64,000 bases of DNA from contig JAXMOL010000039.1 in NCBI GenBank assembly GCA_034669905.1, positions 1 to 64,000 of the forward strand. The letters are read 5' to 3'. This DNA comes from Candidatus Hydrogenedentota bacterium (GTDB taxonomy: Bacteria; Hydrogenedentota; Hydrogenedentia; Hydrogenedentales; JAEUWI01). The notes beneath the pieces were generated by a model. It worked only from the letters and a program-made list of their open reading frames with translations. It was not told the origin of the DNA and made no database searches. This document shows, in pieces, positions 18,666-27,990 of this stretch. How positions within the stretch are numbered: position 1 is the first letter of the stretch; each line of letters opens with the position of its first letter. The position numbers and the translations under genes are program-made.

Positions 18666-20432
18666 TTGAGCAAAAAAGGTGATGTGGTGGACGATCTGAA
18701 TATAGCCGAGGAATTCATTGGTGACCGCTACCAGGTCGTGCAGCATCTGGGTGCGGGGGCTATGGGGAGTGTCTATCTCGCTTCCGATACCCAGCTCAAC
18801 CGACAGGTCGCCCTGAAGGTACTCAAGGGCGAGTGGGTCAGCCGTCCTGAAGTGGCAAAGCGCCTGGAGATGGAATGCCAGCTCATGGCCCAGCTGGGTC
18901 CCCACAACAATATCGTCACCCTCTTTGATCGCATCAACCATGGGGACGCCGTCGTCCTGGTTATTGAGTATGTGGCCGGAGAGAATGTGGCCGACGTCCT
19001 GGATCGCGCCCGGGAAATGAATCGGGAAAAAGAGTCTTCCCGCAAGACGACCCCGGTGCTTGCCGGGGTGTCGACCATCGCTCTCACTCCGGAGGACGCC
19101 ATCGATATTACCCTCCAGTGTCTGAGCGGTCTTGATTTCGCCCACAGCCGGGGCGTTATTCATCGGGATATCAAACCCGCCAACATCATGGTTTCTCACG
19201 ACCACAACGGCAACATCGTAGCCAAGATTACCGACTTCGGTATTGGCAAGGCCATCGCCGGGCTCGATGGGGAAACGGCACCAGCCATGACGGCCCTGAC
19301 CCGTGCGGGTGGGCCTGGACCGGGTACGCCCGCCTATATGGCACCGGAACAAATTGACCAGGCAAGATTTGGTGAGGTGGGGCCCGCAGCCGATCTCTAC
19401 GCGCTGGGCGTATCCCTCTATGAAATGCTTTCTCTCGGGTTACCGTTTCACGGGACCTACACCGAACTGCTCCACCTCCATACCAACGTGGAAGCACCGG
19501 ATTTACGAAAGACCATCCCGGGCCTGAGTCCCGCCCTGGCGGCCGTGGTGCGCAAGAGTCTGGCCAAGGAGCAAAAGGATCGCTACGAGTCGGCCCATCG
19601 CTTTCGCCTCGAACTGGCCGCCGCAACCCGGGATGCGATGCCCGCGTGGTCACCGGATACGGGAGGGCATGGCCGCTCTAAGACGCCGTTGATTTTTGGT
19701 GCGGTTGCGGCAGTGGCCCTTTCAGCCGGTGGTTACTTTTATCTTATGGGCTCCGATACGCCCAAGAGCGAGGAGCCTGTGGTTGCAGAACCCGTGGCTG
19801 CGGAGGTCGAGGCGCCGGTAGCGCCCGTAGCGCCGCCCCTTACTACATCCACACCCGATTCGCCGGAGATACCGGTGGCGGCCACGGTCACACCCACGCC
19901 GGCGACGGACGGTGCGGTTCCGCCAGCGATGCCCGCAGCGACAACGCCCGCGACGCCTTCCCCCCAGGTGACACCGCCAACTCCAACTCCGGCGGCTCCC
20001 GTGGCCCAGCCCGGGGCGTCGGTGATTGCCGCGAAGAACAGCGCCGAGGCGGCACGGGCCACGGCGGTGCAACGATTCGATGGGAAGACCCCGAGCGACA
20101 ACGCTGATTTTTCCCAGGGACAGGAATGGTTGGCGAAGGCCCAGGCCGCAGAAACAGCGGGGGACTACGACGCGGCACGGAGCTATTTGCTCCAGGCGAC
20201 CCAGCGATTTGACGGTGCGAAACCGGCTCCTGCCGCTCCCGCCCCCAAGGTCGTGGCCGTTAAGCCGGCCCCCAAACCCGCGCCTAAGCCCAAACCAGCA
20301 CCCGCACCGGAGCCTGAGCCAGCGCCTGTGGTAAAAGCGCCCGATCCTGCGCCAGAACCCGATCCACCTGCGCCCTCCAGTGGGGGGGGATTCCGGGCGG
20401 GGAAGAGTAAAGTAACCCATACCAATCCGTAG
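18666..20432 (+). CDS. Hanks-type membrane Ser/Thr protein kinase with Pro-rich extracytoplasmic region
   Basis: LGAGAMGSVY, VALK, HRDIKPAN, DFG, GTPAYMAPEQ, DLYALG; TM FGAVAAVALSAGGYFYLM; TTG start is approximate. Confidence 0.95.
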   Translation: MSKKGDVVDDLNIAEEFIGDRYQVVQHLGAGAMGSVYLASDTQLNRQVALKVLKGEWVSRPEVAKRLEMECQLMAQLGPHNNIVTLFDRINHGDAVVLVIEYVAGENVADVLDRAREMNREKESSRKTTPVLAGVSTIALTPEDAIDITLQCLSGLDFAHSRGVIHRDIKPANIMVSHDHNGNIVAKITDFGIGKAIAGLDGETAPAMTALTRAGGPGPGTPAYMAPEQIDQARFGEVGPAADLYALGVSLYEMLSLGLPFHGTYTELLHLHTNVEAPDLRKTIPGLSPALAAVVRKSLAKEQKDRYESAHRFRLELAAATRDAMPAWSPDTGGHGRSKTPLIFGAVAAVALSAGGYFYLMGSDTPKSEEPVVAEPVAAEVEAPVAPVAPPLTTSTPDSPEIPVAATVTPTPATDGAVPPAMPAATTPATPSPQVTPPTPTPAAPVAQPGASVIAAKNSAEAARATAVQRFDGKTPSDNADFSQGQEWLAKAQAAETAGDYDAARSYLLQATQRFDGAKPAPAAPAPKVVAVKPAPKPAPKPKPAPAPEPEPAPVVKAPDPAPEPDPPAPSSGGGFRAGKSKVTHTNP

Positions 20433-20500
20433 TGCAGCAAAGAGGAAAATTTCGGTGCCCCAGGGCATATGGATGAAAACCAAGTGAGAAGGATAGGACC

Positions 20501-21157
20501 ATGAAAAGAAAATCGATAGCGGGTGTGTTAATTGTGTCATTGGTGGCCACGGGCATCTTGACTGGCTGTGAAACGACCGGACAGTCCGCGGGGCTCGGCG
20601 CGGTCATTGGTGGTGCGGCTGGTTATGCCATTGGCGGCGAAAAGGGCGCCCTTATCGGTGCGGCAGTCGGCGCTGGTGCGGGCTTTGTCATCCACAAGGC
20701 GAAAGAGCGCCGGGTTAAGAATGCCGAGGAAACCGCCACCGAATATAAGTATGAGCCCAGTGAGGGACTCAAGGCGGATTTGCGCCCGGCCACGTCGGCT
20801 TCGCCCAGCACGGTACCCCAGGGTTCCACCGCGAATGCCGAGCTGGAATACTACATTCTCGGTGCGGGAGATGATGGCACCGCCGTCCATGAGAAACAGA
20901 TTATTATCCAGGATGGTACCGAGCTCGTTACCCTCCGCGATCAATCGGTTTCCCGGGTAGACGGCACATGGAATGTTTCCACGCCCATCGAAGTCGATTC
21001 TTCGGTCGCGCCGGGAAACTATGACTTGGTCCAGACCATTTCGGTGGCGGGGAACAACATGTCCACCCGCACGCCCCTGACGGTGACGACCAAGACGGCC
21101 ATGGCCGACAGTCGTGTCATTTTCGGACAGCCGGAGCCTTATACGATTTCCCGCTGA
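20501..21157 (+). CDS. Glycine-zipper lipoprotein with C-terminal Ig-like beta domain
   Basis: Lipobox LTG-C; GLGAVIGGAAG...GALIGAAVGAGAG; beta-rich C-terminus (PGNY.L.QTI). Confidence 0.85.
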   Translation: MKRKSIAGVLIVSLVATGILTGCETTGQSAGLGAVIGGAAGYAIGGEKGALIGAAVGAGAGFVIHKAKERRVKNAEETATEYKYEPSEGLKADLRPATSASPSTVPQGSTANAELEYYILGAGDDGTAVHEKQIIIQDGTELVTLRDQSVSRVDGTWNVSTPIEVDSSVAPGNYDLVQTISVAGNNMSTRTPLTVTTKTAMADSRVIFGQPEPYTISR

Positions 21158-21190
21158 TCCGCGACGGACTTAGAACAGGTGATAAAGTTT

Positions 21191-21224
21191 CGCCGGAGGT
21201 CGATCTAGACCTCCGGCGTCGTTT
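21191..21224 (+). terminator. Probable intrinsic terminator closing the vWA/FHA-ABC/kinase/lipoprotein operon
   Basis: Perfect 11-bp stem CGCCGGAGGTC-GATCTA-GACCTCCGGCG followed by TCGTTT (weak U-tract). Confidence 0.65.
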
Positions 21225-21297
21225 ATGCTGCTCTTCCCTGCGAAATGACTCGCGGGAGGGCGGTGAATCGAGTGAACTTCAGAAAGGGTTATCTGTA

Positions 21298-22503
21298 ATG
21301 GCGTGGAATCAGTTCGGTGTACGTGGAAACTGGCAGGCAATCATCCCGGGGTTGTTAACCCTCTTGGTGGCAACGACGGCCCCGGCGGCGGATTATCCCC
21401 ATCCGAAGGACCACCCCGAATCCACCTTGATGTTGACGGGGAAGTGGGTGCCGGAGAATACCCACGACATCGATTTCGATCTGCTGCCCCGCATTCCTTC
21501 GAAGCACACCGTGGTGAATGATGCGCGCCCTCATGATGGTGTGAATCAGCACAACTATCTCGCCTTTTACGACGGCCAGTATTGGGCCATGTGGAGTGAC
21601 GGTCCCCGTGTCGAGGACATGGCCGGTCAGCGGGTGAAGTACGCCACGAGTCCGGACGGCCTGGACTGGAGTGACGCCCAATTCCTTACGCCCATACCGC
21701 CCAATTCCGGGCCCGATTCGCCGGTCTACAATACGCGCTCCAAAGAGGGCTTTCGCTGGATTTCCCGGGGACTTTGGGTGCGAGACGGAAAACTGATTGC
21801 CCTGGCCTCCCTGGATGAGTCGGCGGGGTTCTTTGGGCCGAGCCTCGCCCTTCACGCCTTTCAATACAATGGTGAGACCAAGGCATGGGACAGTCTTGGT
21901 GTGGTCTATGACAATGCCATTAACAACTTTGCGCCCAAGAAGATCCCGACTGGGGAGTGGATGATGACCCGCCGCACCTTCGACCGCCATGTCTCTTTTC
22001 TGGTCGGCGGTACGGAAGCCATCGATCAGTGGGAATCCTTTGAAGCGGTCTCCTACAGCGATTCCCGGTTGCTCGCCGAGGAGCCCTATTGGTGGGTGCT
22101 GCCCGACAAGAATCTGTTGGCCCTCTTCCGCGATAACAAGCGGAGTGGCTATCTGTTTCGTGCCTTCTCCACCGACAACGGACGCACCTGGAGTGACCCG
22201 GTGAAGACCAACTTCCCGGATGCTACGTCCAAATTTAACGGACTCCAGATGAGCGACGGACGTTATGTCCTGGTGTCCAATGCCAATCACGAAAAGCGCG
22301 ACCCCCTCGTGCTTTCCATCAGCGACGACGGTATGGTCTTTAATAAGATGGGTTATCTTACGGGTGGCCGATGGATCGACTATCCCCACGTCATCGAACA
22401 CGATGGCCACCTCCTCGTCGCCTTCGCCGGCTCCCGGAAACAGACCTGTGAAGTCTTGAAAATCCGCATCGCCGATCTGAGTGTGTTGGACGTGCAGGAG
22501 TAA
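21298..22503 (+). CDS. Secreted BNR/Asp-box (sialidase-like) beta-propeller protein
   Basis: Signal peptide; Asp-boxes TSPDGLDWS, STDNGRTWS, SDDGMVF; RDPL and DYPH motifs. Confidence 0.85.
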   Translation: MAWNQFGVRGNWQAIIPGLLTLLVATTAPAADYPHPKDHPESTLMLTGKWVPENTHDIDFDLLPRIPSKHTVVNDARPHDGVNQHNYLAFYDGQYWAMWSDGPRVEDMAGQRVKYATSPDGLDWSDAQFLTPIPPNSGPDSPVYNTRSKEGFRWISRGLWVRDGKLIALASLDESAGFFGPSLALHAFQYNGETKAWDSLGVVYDNAINNFAPKKIPTGEWMMTRRTFDRHVSFLVGGTEAIDQWESFEAVSYSDSRLLAEEPYWWVLPDKNLLALFRDNKRSGYLFRAFSTDNGRTWSDPVKTNFPDATSKFNGLQMSDGRYVLVSNANHEKRDPLVLSISDDGMVFNKMGYLTGGRWIDYPHVIEHDGHLLVAFAGSRKQTCEVLKIRIADLSVLDVQE

Positions 22504-22510
22504 AGAAATG

Positions 22511-22705
22511 TGAAGTTTGAAGGGTGAAGGGTGAAGGGTGAAGGGTGAAGGGTGAAGGGTGAAGTCTTTGGCTCTAAATCCTCCACGCTTTCTATAAAAC
22601 GCTTTCGTGCGCAGCTATTGCGAGGATACACCACCAGCCGAATTTCGCTGACCTCATCTTTCAAACTTCACGCTTCACGCTTCACGCTTCACCCATCACC
22701 CTTCA
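22511..22705. repeat. Two inverted heptamer tandem arrays (TGAAGGG-type x8 and its complement x8)
   Basis: 22511-22566: tgaagtt,(tgaaggg)x6,tgaagtc; 22650-22705: gacctca,tctttca,aacttca,(cgcttca)x3,cccatca,cccttca; 83-bp spacer. Confidence 0.92.
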
Positions 22706-22723
22706 AAACCGGAATGCCAATAG

Positions 22724-24319
22724 ATGCAGCATCTCCCATTCTTAATTCACCATTCCCTATTCGCCAGTCCTGCCACGCCGGCGATTCGTCCCCTCGATAT
22801 TGCGGCGGTGGTCGTTTATCTGGCGGTGATGGTGGGGGCGGGGCTCTATTTTGCACGGAAGAACACCAGCACGGAAGCCTATTTCGTCGGCAATCGTAGT
22901 TTTCCGGGCTGGGTGCTGGGGCTCTCCATGCTGGGCACCATCATCAGTTCCGGCACCTTTCTCGCCCTGCCCGCGGCCGCCTACGTGTTGGATTGGCGCC
23001 AGTTGAGTGTGAACCTCGTGCTGCCCTTTGTGGCCGTACTCGCGGTCGTGCTCTTCATTCCCTTTTTTCGTCGGGGCAAGCTTACGACCGCCTTTGAGTA
23101 TCTCGGGCGGCGCTATGGCACCGTGCCCCGAATCTACGGCACCGTGAGCTTCATCCTGTTGCAACTTATCCGTATGGCCCAGATACTCTTTCTGGTGAGC
23201 TTACCCATCCAGTTCCTCACCGGCGCGCCCATCACCCTGGTCATTGTGGTGAGTGGCGTTTTTATCGCCTTTTACACCATTGCCGGGGGGATAGAGGCCG
23301 TGGTCTGGACCGATGTGATTCAGGCCCTCATCCTCATGGTAGGGGGGATGTTCTGCTTCATCGCCGTGGCCCTCGATTTGCCTGGTGGGCTGGGGGAAAT
23401 CATAGCCACCGGCGCCGCCAACGACAAATTCAGCCTGGGCAGTTTTGATTGGAACCTCAATGAGCGCACCTTCTGGACCGTGCTTATCCTCGGCGTTATC
23501 AACTGGCTGGCCATCTACTCCGGCGACCAGAATATGGTGCAGCGCTATGCCGCCGCCAAATCAACCCGGGAAGCCCGCAAGGCCACCTTGCTCTACTCCG
23601 CCATCGCACTGCCGCTCTGGATTATGTTCTTCTTCGTCGGCACCAGCCTCTACGTTTACTACCAGGCCTTTCCCGACCCCGCGACTACCGATATGGCCGC
23701 CGACCAGGTCTTGCCCTACTTCATCCTGACCAAGATTCCGGCCGGGGTCGCCGGCATCGTCATCGCCGCCGTGATGGCTGCCGCCATGAGTTCCCTGGAC
23801 TCGGGGATCAATGCGATTTCGACCGTGTCGGTGGTGGACCTGATGAAGCCCTATCTCGCGAAGGGGCGGAGCGATGGCTATTACCTCATGGCCGCACGGC
23901 TCATCGCCACCGTGACGACGACGTTGGTGGTGTTGGGGGCGATAATCTTCAGCAACCTCGAAAAAGAGAGCATGAACGACCTCAGCCTCATCGTGACCAG
24001 CGTCTTTGGCGGGTGCTTGATGGGCCTTTTTCTGTTGGGATTCTTCACGACCCGTGTCGATGGCAGGGCCGCGATTGGTGCCATGGTCTTGGCCATTTCC
24101 TTCAACATCTACCTGGGCATGGGGCTCGCCGGTCTCTTGCCCGAGGCCATCACCTTTCCCGCCCACAGCTATTGGACCGGCGCCCTGGTGAACGGCGTGT
24201 TTCTGGTTGCGGCCTACGCCATTGGATGCCTGCGGGGTAATCGCAGCGATTTGACGGGGCTCACCGTGTGGACCATGGGGAGCAAGGGCTCGGGTGGCCT
24301 GTCTCAGGAAGAGCAGTAG
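22724..24319 (+). CDS. Sodium:solute symporter (SSS/SLC5 family)
   Basis: YFVGNRS.PGW..GLS, T.FEYL..R, YT..GG.EAVVWTD..Q, DQ..VQRY, AAMSSLDS.INA. Confidence 0.95.
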   Translation: MQHLPFLIHHSLFASPATPAIRPLDIAAVVVYLAVMVGAGLYFARKNTSTEAYFVGNRSFPGWVLGLSMLGTIISSGTFLALPAAAYVLDWRQLSVNLVLPFVAVLAVVLFIPFFRRGKLTTAFEYLGRRYGTVPRIYGTVSFILLQLIRMAQILFLVSLPIQFLTGAPITLVIVVSGVFIAFYTIAGGIEAVVWTDVIQALILMVGGMFCFIAVALDLPGGLGEIIATGAANDKFSLGSFDWNLNERTFWTVLILGVINWLAIYSGDQNMVQRYAAAKSTREARKATLLYSAIALPLWIMFFFVGTSLYVYYQAFPDPATTDMAADQVLPYFILTKIPAGVAGIVIAAVMAAAMSSLDSGINAISTVSVVDLMKPYLAKGRSDGYYLMAARLIATVTTTLVVLGAIIFSNLEKESMNDLSLIVTSVFGGCLMGLFLLGFFTTRVDGRAAIGAMVLAISFNIYLGMGLAGLLPEAITFPAHSYWTGALVNGVFLVAAYAIGCLRGNRSDLTGLTVWTMGSKGSGGLSQEEQ

Positions 24320-24449
24320 CGGCCTCGCGTCGGGAGAAGTCTGTTGCATGGCCATCGTCTCGTCACAGGTACGATATTCATAGACCTTCGAGGTAATGCC
24401 GTGCTACAATTCCGCGCTTCAAATTCCGCCCTAACCCCGAGGTAATGCC

Positions 24450-25355
24450 ATGGCGCCCTCCGCCGCTCCCCAGAAGTTCACGGTTGGCCTGCTCCAATTG
24501 CAGGTAGGCCCCGACCCGGACGCCAATACGAAGAATGCCCTCCAGTGGCTCGAAAAGGCCGCTGCCCAGGGGGCCCAGGTGGTCTGTCTGCCGGAGTTGT
24601 ACCGCAGTCAGTATTTCTGCCAGAAGGAAGATGTGGACCTCTTCGAATTGGCGGAGCCCATCCCCAACGAGAGCATCGAAGCCTTCCAATCGGCGGCTGC
24701 CCGGCTGGCCGTTGCGGTTCTGGTGCCCGTTTTCGAGCGTCGGGCCGCTGGGGTCTATCACAACAGCCTCGTCTGTATTGACGCCGATGGCACCCTCGTG
24801 GGCATCTACCGGAAGATGCACATCCCCGATGACCCGGCCTACTATGAGAAATTCTACTTCGCACCCGGTGACCTGGGCTTCAAGAACTTTGACACCCGCT
24901 ATGGACGGGTGGGCACCCTCATCTGCTGGGACCAGTGGTATCCGGAAGGCGCCCGTCTTACGGCGCTCCGGGGGGCATCCATCTTGTTTTACCCCACGGC
25001 TATCGGCTGGCACCCCTACGAAAAAGAGCAGTACGGTGCGGCCCAGCGCGATGCCTGGATGACGGTCCAACGGGGCCACGCCATTTCCAACGGTATCTAT
25101 GTGGCCGCGGCCAATCGCGTCGGCTTCGAGCAGCCCGTGGCCGAACAGGCGGGCATTGAGTTCTGGGGCTCATCGTTTATCGCCGATCCCCAGGGCGTCA
25201 TCATTGCCGAAGCCAGCACGGACAACGAAGAAGTGCTTCTTGCGGAAGTGGACCTCGCCCACCTGGAAAACATCCGGCGCAATTGGCCCTTTCTGCGGGA
25301 CCGGCGCATTGATGCCTATGGCGACATCACCCGCCGCTTTATTGACGAGTCCTAG
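24450..25355 (+). CDS. aguB: N-carbamoylputrescine amidase (carbon-nitrogen hydrolase)
   Basis: LPEL, YRKMHIPDDP.YYEKFYF.PGDLGF, ICWDQWYPE, YPTAIGW, WPFLRDRR; adjacent to agmatine deiminase. Confidence 0.92.
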   Translation: MAPSAAPQKFTVGLLQLQVGPDPDANTKNALQWLEKAAAQGAQVVCLPELYRSQYFCQKEDVDLFELAEPIPNESIEAFQSAAARLAVAVLVPVFERRAAGVYHNSLVCIDADGTLVGIYRKMHIPDDPAYYEKFYFAPGDLGFKNFDTRYGRVGTLICWDQWYPEGARLTALRGASILFYPTAIGWHPYEKEQYGAAQRDAWMTVQRGHAISNGIYVAAANRVGFEQPVAEQAGIEFWGSSFIADPQGVIIAEASTDNEEVLLAEVDLAHLENIRRNWPFLRDRRIDAYGDITRRFIDES

Positions 25356-25360
25356 GGCCC

Positions 25361-26392
25361 ATGGATAGCGCCCGACGTCTCCCAGCGGAATGGGAAGAGC
25401 ATTATGCGACCCTCCTGGCCTGGCCCCTGAACAAGGCCGATTGGCCCGGGAAGTTTCAACCCATCCCCTGGGTTTTTGCCGAGATGATCCGCCAGTTGAG
25501 CGTGGGGGAGCGGGTGGATCTCATCGTGCCCAATGGCTGTCTCGAAGAAAAGGCCCGCCGGACCCTGTCTAAGGCCCACGCCAATCTGGATAACCTTCGT
25601 TTTCTTCATCACGCCCTCGACCGGGGATGGATGCGGGATTGCAGTCCTGCTTTTGTGCGCTGTGGTGAGGAAGTCGAAGCGGTGCATTTTGGCTTTAACG
25701 CCTGGGCGAAATACAACGACTATGCCCGTGATGCCACCGTGCCAACCTTCCTTGCGGAAGTAGATGAGATGTCTTGTGTGCCCGCCATGCACGGGGAGCA
25801 CCACGTGGTTTTGGAGGGGGGCGCCATCGACGGGAATGGTGCGGGCACGCTGCTCACGACCGAAGAATGTCTCCTGCACCCAGATACCCAGGTGCGTAAT
25901 CCAGGCTTTACGCGGGAAGACTACGAGGCGGTGTTTCAGAAGTATCTGGGTATTGAAAAGGTCCTGTGGCTGGGAGAGGGTATCGCGGGGGATGACACCC
26001 ACGGCCATGTGGATGATCTCTGTCGTTTTGTAAATGAATCGACGGTGGTGCTGTGCCAGGAGCCCAATGAGCACGACGCCAATCATCGGGCCCTCGCGGA
26101 GAATCGGGAGCGCCTGGAAGGGGCGACGACGGCCACCGGTGCCGCTATCGAGGTGGTGGGGCTCCCCATGCCAGCACCCCTCTATTTTGACGGCACCCGT
26201 CTCCCGGCGAGCTATGCGAATTTTTACATCGGGAACGAAGTGGTCCTGGTGCCGACCTTCAACGACGTGCAGGACTACCGTGCGTTGGGTATCCTCGCGG
26301 AGCTCTTCCCCGACCGCCGTGTTCTCGGGATCCACGCGGTGGATTTGGTCTGGGGCTTTGGTACGGTGCACTGCCTGAGCCACGAGCGCTAG
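25361..26392 (+). CDS. aguA: Agmatine deiminase / peptidylarginine deiminase family
   Basis: PAEWE.H, WMRD, FNAW..KY, LEGG.ID.NG.G..LTT..CLL, DDT.GHVD, ASY.NF, G.VHC. Confidence 0.93.
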   Translation: MDSARRLPAEWEEHYATLLAWPLNKADWPGKFQPIPWVFAEMIRQLSVGERVDLIVPNGCLEEKARRTLSKAHANLDNLRFLHHALDRGWMRDCSPAFVRCGEEVEAVHFGFNAWAKYNDYARDATVPTFLAEVDEMSCVPAMHGEHHVVLEGGAIDGNGAGTLLTTEECLLHPDTQVRNPGFTREDYEAVFQKYLGIEKVLWLGEGIAGDDTHGHVDDLCRFVNESTVVLCQEPNEHDANHRALAENRERLEGATTATGAAIEVVGLPMPAPLYFDGTRLPASYANFYIGNEVVLVPTFNDVQDYRALGILAELFPDRRVLGIHAVDLVWGFGTVHCLSHER

Positions 26393-26573
26393 GGGATTGG
26401 CGCGAAGAATTCCTTCCCGGGGAGTCTGTGGCGCGCGCATCGAATCCAGATAGGGTCAGTAGCCGCCTTGGGTACTTCGCCTCCCAACGGGCCTTCCCTT
26501 GTCTGCTTTCCGGAATTCCTTTATTATCGGGGGGACGAAATCGCGGCCAGTTTTTCAATTTGAAGGTTTTACT

Positions 26574-27950
26574 ATGTTTCGGGCTCTCCCCCTTGTATTG
26601 CTCCTCACTCTTTTTCTCAACGGTCTACAGGACGCCACGGCGGAGGCGGCCCTCCGACTTGGGGTCTTCAACGTCGATGTCTCGCCTCCCATCGGAAGTC
26701 CGGTGGCCTATGTGGACGCCAAAGAAATTGTCGATCCCCTGAGTGCCCGGGGCGTCGTGCTCCTCTCCGGCGAACGTCCCATCGTATTGTGCGCCGTGGA
26801 CTTCATCGGTATCGGCAATGAAGGACAGGACGCCTGGAAAAAGGCCCTGGCGGAAGCGGCGGGCACCACGCCAGACCATGTTTCGGTCCATGCACTCCAC
26901 CAGCATGACGGCCCCCGATGCGATTTGACCACTGAGCGCCTTATGGAAGCACATGGTCTGGGCGGAACGCGTTTTGACAACGTCTACCTTCTCGACGCCA
27001 TTGCCCGTACCGCCAAGGCGGTGGGGGAGGCAGTGGTGAATGCTGAGCCCTTGACCCATGTGGGGTCGGGGCAGGCCACGGTTGAGAAAGTCGCGTCCAG
27101 CCGACGTATCCTCGGCGAAGACGGCAAAGTTAAGAAGGTGCGTTATAGCGCCTCGAAGGACCCCGAGGCCATCGCGGCCCCCGAAGGTACTATCGACCCA
27201 TGGTTGAAGAGCGTCAGTTTCTGGAATGAAGACAAGGCCCTGGCGGTTATTTCCTTTTATGCGACCCATCCCCAGAGTCACTACGGCAAGGGCGGCGTGA
27301 CCTGCGAATTTGTAGGGATCGCCCGCAACGCCCGTGAAGCCAAGTCGGGCGTGCCCCACATTTATTTCACGGGCGCCGGCGGCAATGTGGCAGCAGGAAA
27401 ATACAACGACGGTGCGCCCGAAACCCGGCCCATACTCGCCGCGCGGATCGAAGCCGGCATGAAAGCCGCCTGGGAAGCCACCGAGAAAAACCCGATAGAG
27501 AAATCGATGATCGAGTGGCGCACCCGGTATGCCGCGCTGCCCATCGCCGAGCATCTTGTGGAAAAGGACTTGATGGCCGAGCTCGCTGACACCACGCGCA
27601 AGGCGAACGACCGCTTCCGAGCCGCGGACCGGCTCGCCTGGATCCAGCGGAGCAAAGCGGGTATTGGCGTGACCGTTTCTGCCCTGCGGCTGGGAAAGAT
27701 TTGGTTGTTGAACATGCCGGGTGAACTCTTTGTCGAGTACCAGCTCGCTGCCCAGGACATGAGGCCAGACGAGATCGTTTGCCTTGCCGCCTACGAAGAC
27801 TACGGCGCCGGCTACATTGGAACGGAAATCGCCTATGGACAGGGAGGATATGAGACCAGCAAGCGGACGGCCAAGGTGGCACCCAGCGTGGAGAAGGTGC
27901 TTATGGATGCGATGAAAGAGGTGTTGGCGGATGCGAAGCCCAAGGAGTGA
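26574..27950 (+). CDS. Secreted neutral/alkaline ceramidase-like metallohydrolase, function unknown
   Basis: Signal peptide; DPL.ARG.V, HALHQHDGP, YATHP, GAGGNV, MPGELFVEY, GGYE. Confidence 0.7.
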   Translation: MFRALPLVLLLTLFLNGLQDATAEAALRLGVFNVDVSPPIGSPVAYVDAKEIVDPLSARGVVLLSGERPIVLCAVDFIGIGNEGQDAWKKALAEAAGTTPDHVSVHALHQHDGPRCDLTTERLMEAHGLGGTRFDNVYLLDAIARTAKAVGEAVVNAEPLTHVGSGQATVEKVASSRRILGEDGKVKKVRYSASKDPEAIAAPEGTIDPWLKSVSFWNEDKALAVISFYATHPQSHYGKGGVTCEFVGIARNAREAKSGVPHIYFTGAGGNVAAGKYNDGAPETRPILAARIEAGMKAAWEATEKNPIEKSMIEWRTRYAALPIAEHLVEKDLMAELADTTRKANDRFRAADRLAWIQRSKAGIGVTVSALRLGKIWLLNMPGELFVEYQLAAQDMRPDEIVCLAAYEDYGAGYIGTEIAYGQGGYETSKRTAKVAPSVEKVLMDAMKEVLADAKPKE

Positions 27951-27990
27951 AGGGCTGACGGGCCCATTGAGACAGGAAAAGGGGTGCAGA

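Noticed and set aside
14597..21157. Type VI secretion system
   Set aside because: No tssB/C, hcp, vgrG, tssJLM or clpV in the window; only analogues of the regulatory components are present.
22380..22899. ORFs with FTLHPS/SRFTLH repeats
   Set aside because: They are translations of the heptamer arrays.
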